Notes under the pieces: generated by a model
What the model was told of the DNA's origin: nothing
Databases searched by the model: none
The model's input: the letters and a program-made list of their open reading frames with translations, nothing else
Made by a program: the position numbers and the translations under genes
Shown: positions 26,553-33,920 of the stretch, in pieces
How the letters are laid out: each line of letters opens with the position of its first letter
Numbering within the stretch: the first letter of the stretch is position 1
Assembly (NCBI GenBank): GCA_043732745.1
Contig: JAYTHH010000221.1
Location: 1-35,093 of the forward strand
Direction of reading: 5' to 3'
Source of the DNA: Rhodospirillales bacterium
GTDB taxonomy: Bacteria > Pseudomonadota > Alphaproteobacteria > Acetobacterales > Acetobacteraceae
Length of the DNA: 35,093 nt

Positions 26553-26613
26553 AGCACTACCGCCTGCGGTTGAATCAACCGTGCGGTGAAATTGCTCGCC
26601 AAACAAAGAGCGC

Positions 26614-26651
26614 AAGCACGATCGCTTCACCTAACTGAATCGATCGTGCTT
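26614..26651 (+). terminator. Hairpin downstream of the ABC operon (candidate terminator)
   Basis: The stem is a perfect 11 bp, AAGCACGATCG (26614-26624) pairing with CGATCGTGCTT (26641-26651), with a 16-nt loop. TCGCCTT follows. A separate 15-nt palindrome, CGGTTGAATCAACCG, lies at 26567-26581, just after the stop at 26552. Confidence 0.35.
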
Positions 26652-26684
26652 TCGCCTTACCGACAAGGCCGCGCGCACACCGAT

Positions 26685-26855
26685 ATGACCTCGATGACCT
26701 TGCGCACACTGCCACCCATGGCGGCGCCTCAGCCGGTGGCGGCGGCCCCCGCAAGACCGCCCCGCTGCGCCGCTATCCTGGAGCGCGCCGAATCGGGCGC
26801 CGCTCCGTCCGAGAGCGACCGGGCCTTCCTGCAGTCCCAGTCCCAGTATAGGTAG
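26685..26855 (+). CDS. Candidate small protein (56 aa, Pro/Ala-rich), unassigned
   Basis: The ATG at 26685 opens MTSMTLRTLPPMAAPQPVAAAPARPPRCAAILERAESGAAPSESDRAFLQSQSQYR. Most third codon positions are G or C, as in the real genes here. There is no convincing SD, only AAGG 17 nt upstream. It lies in a 310-nt convergent gap. It could equally be non-coding. Confidence 0.25.
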   Translation: MTSMTLRTLPPMAAPQPVAAAPARPPRCAAILERAESGAAPSESDRAFLQSQSQYR

Positions 26856-26862
26856 AAGCCGG

Positions 26863-28539
26863 TTATTGCGCTTCCAGTGCCGTTGCCGCGATGCGAGGGC
26901 GCGCGGTCGCATCGCTGCAGGTGGGTCCCTGCCGCTTCAGCACGCGCAGCCCGTTGAACATCGCAATCTGATGATAATGCGTCCAGGCCTGGGCGAACGC
27001 GGCGTCTGACGCGACCAGAATGGCCACGAAATTGATGCCGCCCCGTGCGTCGACCACGGCGATATCCGGGCACCCATGGACGAAATCATGCGCGATCCAG
27101 CGCCGAATCGGCCAATCCTTCGGCGGACGGCCATCCTGGCGGGCGCGCCAGAGTTCGCCGCGCAGCGCCCACATCGAATCGAAGCGGGAGGTCCAGACGA
27201 CGCCGGTGTTGTTCACCACTGGAAAGCCGAGGCCGATCCATTCGGAAAACGCGATATAGGTGCGGGCGTTCTCGCGTTTGATAATCTTCTCAAGCCGGAC
27301 CTCGGTAGACAGCTCCGGCTCGACGGCCTCTTGGATCCAGGGGCGCATCCGGTCCAGCCCGGTGGCGGCAAAGGCGAACAGCGCGACGCCGGCCAACGCG
27401 GCACAAGGCACCAGCCGGCGGACCGACAGTGCCAACACCGGCAGTCTGGCCAGTGGCAGGATTTCCACCGCCCAGAGCAGCAGTGCCAGCACGGTCGTCA
27501 TGGCGGCGGGGATGGTGTGGTAGAACCAGTCCTTGCCTTGTAGCACGTACACCACCGTGGCGCCCACCGCGAAGGTGGTGAGGATGGCATAAAGGCTTGC
27601 GTTGAAGCTGGACCGTGCAGCGAGCTGCCGGTGGCTGGTGATCCACAGCAGCGACACCACACAGGCCCCGAACAGCAGCACGCGGCCAGCATATAACAGG
27701 TCCACCATGGCGGTGTCGGTGCCGCCATACAGCGCCAAAGCGAGGGGCACGGCGTATTTCAGGAAAGCCGGGCAGAACACGAGGATCGCCACGCCATAGA
27801 GCAATGCTGCGAAGAAGGCGGCGAGGGACTGGGTGCGAATGATCGACCGGCCGCGCAACAGGCCCAGCAGCTCTGGCAGGATGAAGGCCAACCCGTAGGT
27901 GGGCTTCAGGGCGCAGCCGAGCCCGGCCAGGATGCCCACGGCGAGATTGGTCCGGCGCGACATGGTGCCGCCATCCAGCCACACCGCCATGGCGCAGAGA
28001 TAAGGCAGGATCGACGCCGTCATCAGGTGTTCGCGCTGGCCGAATTCGACGCCGGGCAGGATGAGCAGAATGATGCCGATGACGGCGAATGTGGGCGTCC
28101 GCTTGGCGAACAGCGCGCTGCGCCCATGCAGCAAGCAGGCGCTCCACCATGCGGAGCCGAGCATGAGCAGGGCGAAGAACGGAATCGCGATCAGTTTCGG
28201 CGGCGTGCCGAGCAAGCTCGCCACCCAGGCCGGCAGCGCGTAGATCCACACGATCAGCGGCGGATTGACCTCCACGAGGTCCTCATACAGCCGCTGCCCG
28301 GCCAGCCATTTGCGGGCCACATACAGTAGCCAGGCCACATCGTCCTTCTGAGGGGAGCGGATCGCTGTGGTCAGCACCAGCACTAGCACGGCAAGAAGTG
28401 CGGCGATCGCCAGGATGCTGCCCGCGCGGGAGTGCCACAGGCGGCGCACGGCCTGGCCTGCCTGGAACAACATATGCCTTGTGATGAACGGAACGCGCGG
28501 GCCGAGAGGCAGGCGAGACGGTGTGTTCGGAACGGTCAC
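26863..28539 (-). CDS. Integral membrane protein, GT-C-fold glycosyltransferase-like (about 12-13 TM + about 170-aa C-terminal soluble domain)
   Basis: The 558-aa ORF has a first extracytoplasmic loop, KDDVAWLLYVARKWLAGQRLYEDLVEVNPPL, that resembles the acidic DD/DE...Y motif loop of polyprenyl-phosphate-sugar-dependent GT-C enzymes (GT39/83/87-like). Many hydrophobic helices follow. The start is ambiguous: a GTG at 28539 without an SD, or the ATG at 28473. Confidence 0.55.
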   Translation of the reverse strand: MTVPNTPSRLPLGPRVPFITRHMLFQAGQAVRRLWHSRAGSILAIAALLAVLVLVLTTAIRSPQKDDVAWLLYVARKWLAGQRLYEDLVEVNPPLIVWIYALPAWVASLLGTPPKLIAIPFFALLMLGSAWWSACLLHGRSALFAKRTPTFAVIGIILLILPGVEFGQREHLMTASILPYLCAMAVWLDGGTMSRRTNLAVGILAGLGCALKPTYGLAFILPELLGLLRGRSIIRTQSLAAFFAALLYGVAILVFCPAFLKYAVPLALALYGGTDTAMVDLLYAGRVLLFGACVVSLLWITSHRQLAARSSFNASLYAILTTFAVGATVVYVLQGKDWFYHTIPAAMTTVLALLLWAVEILPLARLPVLALSVRRLVPCAALAGVALFAFAATGLDRMRPWIQEAVEPELSTEVRLEKIIKRENARTYIAFSEWIGLGFPVVNNTGVVWTSRFDSMWALRGELWRARQDGRPPKDWPIRRWIAHDFVHGCPDIAVVDARGGINFVAILVASDAAFAQAWTHYHQIAMFNGLRVLKRQGPTCSDATARPRIAATALEAQ

Positions 28540-28739
28540 GAAGGGTCAGTCATACAAGAGGGTGAAGCACACAAAACGGCGCAAGCGGTCGAACGGCGAT
28601 GCGACTGACCTTTACTGAAACACATTGTCACACGCTGTTGCGCGGATTTGACGAGGTTCTCTGCCAACCCATCCGGCAGAAGGTTATGCTTAGCTGCTTG
28701 AAATGGCCCAAATAAGGCATTCTCCAGATATAGCTGGTA

Positions 28740-29408
28740 TCACAGTAGGCTGGCGGCGATGTTGACCGTCAGCGCGATCACCACAGTGTTGAACAGAAAG
28801 CCTAACAGGCCGTGAATGGTTGCAAGCCTTCGTAGGGTGCGAGCAGTGATCTGGACGTCAGACACCTGGAAGGTCATGCCGAGCACCAGGGCGAAATAGG
28901 CGAAATCCCAGTAATCGGGGTCGTCGTCGTCGGGGAATTGCAGGCCCCCTGCCATGCCCTGGCGGCCCGGCGCGGTCTCATAAAACTCGTGGGCGTAACG
29001 CAGCGCGAACACCACATGGGTCATCAGCCACGAGGCGAACAGTGTGAAGGCGACCAGACCCACATGCAGCCCTCGGACGGACGGCGCCAACTCCTTGCTG
29101 GATGAGAATTCATAGATGATGGCGGCGAAGCTCGCGGTGACAGCTCCTATCGTTATCCAAAAAATAGTCCATTCTCCCTCTTCCTGCGCAATTGCGTCGG
29201 CAGGCATGTGTTCTGGACTCTGGACGGTAAAAAGATGAAAGATTAGTGTAAGAAAGATCGTGACGAAGGCGTCCCAGGCGATAATTGCGCGAGTGGGCGG
29301 CGTCAGGGTGGAGGGAAGGCTGAAAAAAATCACGGCGCCCAACGCGGCGGCGATGAAAAGTCGTTTCCTGCCGGTAACCGCGCCTTGTACAGTTGCAACC
29401 AAACCCAT
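28740..29408 (-). CDS. DUF1345-like membrane protein
   Basis: I trimmed the start to the ATG at 29408 (GGAGAAG SD 6 nt upstream); the track ORF starts at 29534. The protein has four or more TM helices and the segment THVVFALRYAHEFY...GLQFPDDDDPDYWDFAYFALVLGMTFQVSD, which I recognise as DUF1345-type. Confidence 0.7.
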   Translation of the reverse strand: MGLVATVQGAVTGRKRLFIAAALGAVIFFSLPSTLTPPTRAIIAWDAFVTIFLTLIFHLFTVQSPEHMPADAIAQEEGEWTIFWITIGAVTASFAAIIYEFSSSKELAPSVRGLHVGLVAFTLFASWLMTHVVFALRYAHEFYETAPGRQGMAGGLQFPDDDDPDYWDFAYFALVLGMTFQVSDVQITARTLRRLATIHGLLGFLFNTVVIALTVNIAASLL

Positions 29409-29701
29409 TTGCGCTTCTCCGATCCGCTCGCCCGATTCTCCAGGTCCTACGGTATGACCTAAGCGGCGTTGCTTGACGAGCAGGGGGCATTCCGCGCGGC
29501 GTTTTGTTCCGCGGTCGAGATGGTTTGATAGCATATCGCGTTATGGTTGCGATATAATTGTAAAGATATTGCCTTAATCTGCGTTTTGGGTTGATTTCCG
29601 CAGCGTGACGCTTGTTCACTAATCCGTGAAACCCTACGTCGAGCTCGATCGCCTGCCGGGTGGCGGAAGACTGAGGCCTGACGTGTTGAATGGGAGTTGA
29701 G

Positions 29702-31285
29702 ATGGCTCGTCTGGCGGTTGCCCGCCTCTGGTTTTGCTCGAACAGTTTCACGCCCCGGCGCACCCGGGCCGAGGACTTGGGGTTCCACGCCTGTGATGCT
29801 CGGACGGCTGTCTCGCTCGACCCCGCCGCCGAGGACACCGAGTTGGGCGGGCTTGCCGATTTCCTGGCCGCTCATCCGGACTGGGACGTGACGATGCTGC
29901 GCTGTGCCGCGGCGCCGACCGGCGGGCCGCTGTCTGCCGAGGTTTTCGGCAACTGGATGGCCGATGTCGAGGAAGGCCTGCGTCGCGGCCGATTCGATGC
30001 GGTGTATCTCTCGCTGCACGGCGCCTGCCAGGCCGAGGGTGATCCGGCCGCCGATCTCACCATTCTCCGCCGCGTGCGCAGCGTTATCGGCCATACGCCG
30101 CTGGTCGCCAGCTTCGACGTGCGGGCCAACCTGTCCGAGGAGGTCGCGATCCTGCTGGATGGCGCGACGTGCAACGCGCAATGGCCGTCCGGCGGTGGCG
30201 CCGACGCGGCACGCCGCGCCCTGTCGCTGCTTGATGGCATTCTGACCCGGCGCTTCCGCCCGGTGGGGGCCCTGGCCCGGGTTCCCTTCGTGTTGCCCGA
30301 TTTCCTGATGGGCGACACCCTCAATGACATCTGGAGCGGCACCCTGAAGCCGCTGGCCGCCCCGGTACTCGATACCAGCGTGTTTGCCGGTTTCGCCTGG
30401 GGCGACAGCCCCTATACCGGCCCATCGGCGCTGGTCTGGGCCGATCGGGACGCTGGGGCGGCGCGTGAACTGGCGGCCCGCCTGGCCGTCGAGCTGTCCC
30501 GCGCGCGAACGCGCAGCATGCCCGCACTCGTCATTCCCGAGGCCAGCATTGCCGCGATCGTGTTCAGCGATACCGATAAGCGGCCCATCTTGATGCTCGA
30601 TCTGGGCGACGATCCGGCGCTGGGTGGCCTGGCCGATACCAGTTCCCTGCTGCTGGCGTTGCTCTCCGAGCGGATCGCCGGTCGCGCGCTGCTGGCGGCC
30701 CTGTTCGATCCCGACGCCGTCGCCGAAGCGTTTCGGGCCGGCCTGGGCGGCACTGTCAGCCGTAGCCTGGGCGGCCGCTTCACCCGCCTCTACGGCAATG
30801 GTGTGACGGTGGCAGGCGTCGTCCAGGGTCTGGGTGACGCACAAAATGCCGGGCGCTATGCGGTTCTGCGGGTGCAGGACGTCGATGTCCTGCTCACCGA
30901 GCAGCGGCCGATGTCGATCACGCCGGCCTGGCTTGCCGCGCATGGCATCGATATCGGCGCGTTCGCGGTGATCGCCGTCAAGGGCGGGGCTGCCGTGCCG
31001 CCGGCGTTCAGGGATCTGATCGGTGAGACAATTCTGTGCGACTGCCCGGGGCCGACCACCCCGGATCTGCTGCGGCTGCGGTTCCACTACGTGCCGGCTG
31101 CACGGCGGGCAATCGGAAACGAGCCACGGCTGACGTCTGATGAGGACACCTGGGCGGCGCGCGGGTTGCGCCAGGCCCCGGCTCGGCCGCGGCTAGACCA
31201 GATGGGCGCCGATCAGGCCTACCAGCGCTACGAAGACCGTCGCGCCAATCCCAAGCATAAGCGGACGAAGCCCTTTCGCACGTAG
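29702..31285 (+). CDS. M81-family (microcystinase MlrC-like, DUF1485 + MlrC_C) protein
   Basis: The ATG at 29702 follows GGGAG. The N-domain shows DAVYLSLHGACQAEG. The C-domain shows ILMLDLGDDPALGGLADTSSLLLALL...LFDPDAV and VIAVKGG...CDCPGPTTPDLLRLRF, which matches the family pattern GDNPGGG...D.T.LL. The last ~55 aa look like a non-family extension and overlap the convergent gene. Confidence 0.7.
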   Translation: MARLAVARLWFCSNSFTPRRTRAEDLGFHACDARTAVSLDPAAEDTELGGLADFLAAHPDWDVTMLRCAAAPTGGPLSAEVFGNWMADVEEGLRRGRFDAVYLSLHGACQAEGDPAADLTILRRVRSVIGHTPLVASFDVRANLSEEVAILLDGATCNAQWPSGGGADAARRALSLLDGILTRRFRPVGALARVPFVLPDFLMGDTLNDIWSGTLKPLAAPVLDTSVFAGFAWGDSPYTGPSALVWADRDAGAARELAARLAVELSRARTRSMPALVIPEASIAAIVFSDTDKRPILMLDLGDDPALGGLADTSSLLLALLSERIAGRALLAALFDPDAVAEAFRAGLGGTVSRSLGGRFTRLYGNGVTVAGVVQGLGDAQNAGRYAVLRVQDVDVLLTEQRPMSITPAWLAAHGIDIGAFAVIAVKGGAAVPPAFRDLIGETILCDCPGPTTPDLLRLRFHYVPAARRAIGNEPRLTSDEDTWAARGLRQAPARPRLDQMGADQAYQRYEDRRANPKHKRTKPFRT

Positions 31286-32215
31286 CGCTGCAAGGTGGGT
31301 GTTCAGACCCAGCGCCGCCACCGACGCCGCCAGCATAAGCGTTACCAAAGGCCGACTGGACTGCACAATGAGTGGTGGCAACACTCCCGTGCTAGCGATC
31401 GCTACCATCAGCAGAAATCCAAATGCGAACCACGGCATTGGTGCCTTGAGCTTCTTAGCTGCTTCATTGCCGCTCAGCTTCGGCGTGCTGTGGCGTACCC
31501 AGGCGCCGAGTGCCAATACAGCCGGCGCCAGCAGCATAACGCGGGCGAGTTTTGTGATGGTGCCGACCCCGGCCGATACCGGCCCGCCTGCCTCAGCGGC
31601 GCCGACCGCCTGCACCACCTCATGGATGCTGGCACCGGCCCAAAGCCCGTATCCCCGTGCGTCGAGGCCCAGGAACGGCCCGAGTGCGGGGTAGAGGATC
31701 AGCGAAACCGTGCCGCAGAGAGTGATAACGGCCAGCGCATAGGCCACGTCCTCCTGGCTGCCGCGCGAAACCTGATTGGCGGCAACGATGGCGCTGGCGC
31801 CGCAGATGCCGGTGCCGGTGCCGATCAGTTGGGACAGTGCGGCATTCACGCCGAGCATCCGGCCCAGCCAGATGGTGAACGGAACCGTCAACGCTACCGA
31901 CAGAAACGCCAGCCCAAGGGCGCCGGCGCCGATCGAGGCGAGTTGGCCCAATGTCACCTGCAGGCCCAGAAGCACGATGGCCGCCCGTAGCACCGGCCGC
32001 ACGGCAAACGCGGTGCCTGGACGCAGACTGGGTGACAGGCCGAAGGCGGCGCGCAAGGCGATGCCAGCCACCAGCGCCACGACCACGGGATTGAGCGCCG
32101 CCAGCCCGGTGGCGTTCTTGAGCTGAATGGACAGCCAGGCAAGCACCAGACTCAGGATCAACCCTGGAAGGATGGCCATGCGGCCTGGAAGTACCAGGGG
32201 AATTGAGATGGACAT
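31193..32215 (-). CDS. yeiH: YeiH/UPF0324-family integral membrane protein (putative sulfate/sulfonate-type exporter family)
   Basis: The product is a multi-TM protein with ILPGLILSLVLAWLS... and GTGTGICGASAIVAA, the signature I associate with YeiH. The start is uncertain: TTG at 32266 (track), ATG at 32215 (AAGG 7 nt upstream) or ATG at 32179. Confidence 0.75.
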   Translation of the reverse strand: MSISIPLVLPGRMAILPGLILSLVLAWLSIQLKNATGLAALNPVVVALVAGIALRAAFGLSPSLRPGTAFAVRPVLRAAIVLLGLQVTLGQLASIGAGALGLAFLSVALTVPFTIWLGRMLGVNAALSQLIGTGTGICGASAIVAANQVSRGSQEDVAYALAVITLCGTVSLILYPALGPFLGLDARGYGLWAGASIHEVVQAVGAAEAGGPVSAGVGTITKLARVMLLAPAVLALGAWVRHSTPKLSGNEAAKKLKAPMPWFAFGFLLMVAIASTGVLPPLIVQSSRPLVTLMLAASVAALGLNTHLAALRAKGLRPLMLGIGATVFVALVGLIGAHLV

Positions 32216-32281
32216 GGGCCGAACCTTGTTTTGACGCGGAGTCGCGCGGTGGGGCAGGGCGGTCAATCGGCCCTTGCGGCG

Positions 32282-33763
32282 TCAATTCCGACCGTAGGTG
32301 TCCTCATACCGTACAATGTCGTCCTCGCCGAGATAGCTGCCCGACTGCACTTCTATGAGCGTCAGCGGAATCCGGCCGGGATTTTCCAGCCGGTGCACGC
32401 AGCCCAGCGGCAGGTAGATGCTCTCGTTTTCGCGCAGCAGCACGGTCTCCGCATCGCGCGTGACCAGCGCGCTGCCGGCCACCACCACCCAATGCTCGGC
32501 GCGGTGGAAATGCTTCTGCAGCGACAATTTGTGGCCCTGGCTGACGACGATGCGCTTCACCTGGAAGCGGTCTCCCTGGATCAGGCTCTCGTAGAAGCCC
32601 CATGGCCGGTAGACGCGGTTGTGCTGCGAGGCCTCGGGGCGGCCGCGACGGCGCAGCTGGTCCACCACCTTCTTTACGTCCTGCGCGCAGTCCCGGTGCA
32701 TGGCCAGCACGGCATCTTCGGTCACCACGATCACGGCGTCGGTCAGGCCCACGATGGCGGTGATGATTCCGTCGCTGCGGCCGTAGCAGTTGGTTGCACC
32801 CTCCATCAGTACGTCGCCCACCAGCACGTTGCCGGACTGGTCTTTGGTGCCGAGGTCCCACAATGCGCTCCAGCTTCCGACATCGGTCCAGCCGATATCG
32901 GCCGGCACCACGGCAGCGCGGTCCGTGCGTTCGGCCACGGCGTAATCGAGGCTGATATTCGGGCAGGCGGTGAACGGCTCGACAGCAAGGCGGATGAAGT
33001 CGAGATCCTGCCTGCGGCCGGACACCGCGGAGCGGACGGCGGTGAGCACGTCCGGCGCATGACGCTCCAACTCGGCGATCAGCGTGGAAGCGGTGAAGAC
33101 GAACATGCCGGAGTTCCACAGATGGGTGCCCTCAGCCACCATTTGGGCGGCCTTGGCGGCATCCGGCTTTTCCACGAAGGCGGCGAGAGCGCAGACGCCG
33201 GGAAGGCCGGGAAGGGCTTCTCCGCGCTCGATATAGCCGTAGCCGGTCTCCGGCCCGGTCGGGTGCATGCCGAAGGTGACGATGCGGCCGGCGCGCGCTG
33301 CGGCAACGGCGGATTCCAGCGCGCCGCCCAGGGCCTCGGTGTTGGTGATCGCGTGGTCCGCCGCCAGCATCCAGATCACCGCGTCGGGATCTGTCTCGGC
33401 GACCATAAGGGCTGCGGCGGCGATGGCGGGGGCGGAGTTGCGGCCAACCGGTTCCAGGACGATGCGCGCATCGGTCAGGCCCATCAGCCGCATCTGCTCG
33501 GCCACCACGAAGCGATGCGCCTCGTTGCACACCACGATGGGGGGGGCAAAGCCCTCGCCCGTGGCGCGGCTGGCGGTTTCCTGGATCAGGCTGCGCTCGG
33601 AAGTCAGCGGCCAGAACTGCTTGGGAAAGCTTTCCCGAGAGACCGGCCACAGGCGCGTGCCGGATCCACCGGACAGAATGACCGGCACCACCAGGCCCGA
33701 TGACTTCGAAACGACCGATTGCGAAGCGATGGGGGCGGTTTGCGGGGCGACGGCGAGGGTCAT
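32282..33763 (-). CDS. manC: Bifunctional mannose-1-phosphate guanylyltransferase / mannose-6-phosphate isomerase (type II PMI-GMP)
   Basis: The 493-aa ORF has an ATG at 33763 with AGGAA 5 nt upstream. The N-terminus shows VILSGGSGTRLWPVSR..FPKQF. The C-terminal cupin shows QKHFHRAEHWVVVAG and LPLGCVHRLENPG. Confidence 0.92.
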   Translation of the reverse strand: MTLAVAPQTAPIASQSVVSKSSGLVVPVILSGGSGTRLWPVSRESFPKQFWPLTSERSLIQETASRATGEGFAPPIVVCNEAHRFVVAEQMRLMGLTDARIVLEPVGRNSAPAIAAAALMVAETDPDAVIWMLAADHAITNTEALGGALESAVAAARAGRIVTFGMHPTGPETGYGYIERGEALPGLPGVCALAAFVEKPDAAKAAQMVAEGTHLWNSGMFVFTASTLIAELERHAPDVLTAVRSAVSGRRQDLDFIRLAVEPFTACPNISLDYAVAERTDRAAVVPADIGWTDVGSWSALWDLGTKDQSGNVLVGDVLMEGATNCYGRSDGIITAIVGLTDAVIVVTEDAVLAMHRDCAQDVKKVVDQLRRRGRPEASQHNRVYRPWGFYESLIQGDRFQVKRIVVSQGHKLSLQKHFHRAEHWVVVAGSALVTRDAETVLLRENESIYLPLGCVHRLENPGRIPLTLIEVQSGSYLGEDDIVRYEDTYGRN

Positions 33764-33920
33764 TTCAGTTCCTGACGGTGGCCCGTATCAGCGTCTCGGG
33801 CGTGGCTGCGCGGCTATAGGCAACGGTTGGGGGAATTGTCCAGCCGTCGCTGTGCCGCTTGCCGCTTGCATCCTCCGCTCGCATCATACCGCCGTGCCGC
33901 TTTCCAGGATGCTAACCGCC

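Noticed and set aside
29459-31087. A 542-aa minus-strand ORF overlapping the M81/MlrC-like gene.
   Set aside because: It is R/G/Q/H-rich, has no recognisable domain, and runs through the AT-rich promoter region. The + strand frame carries clear MlrC family motifs.
32231-33703. A 490-aa + strand ORF antisense to manC.
   Set aside because: It is a shadow ORF. The minus-strand product has the GGSGTRLWP and cupin motifs of PMI-GMP enzymes.
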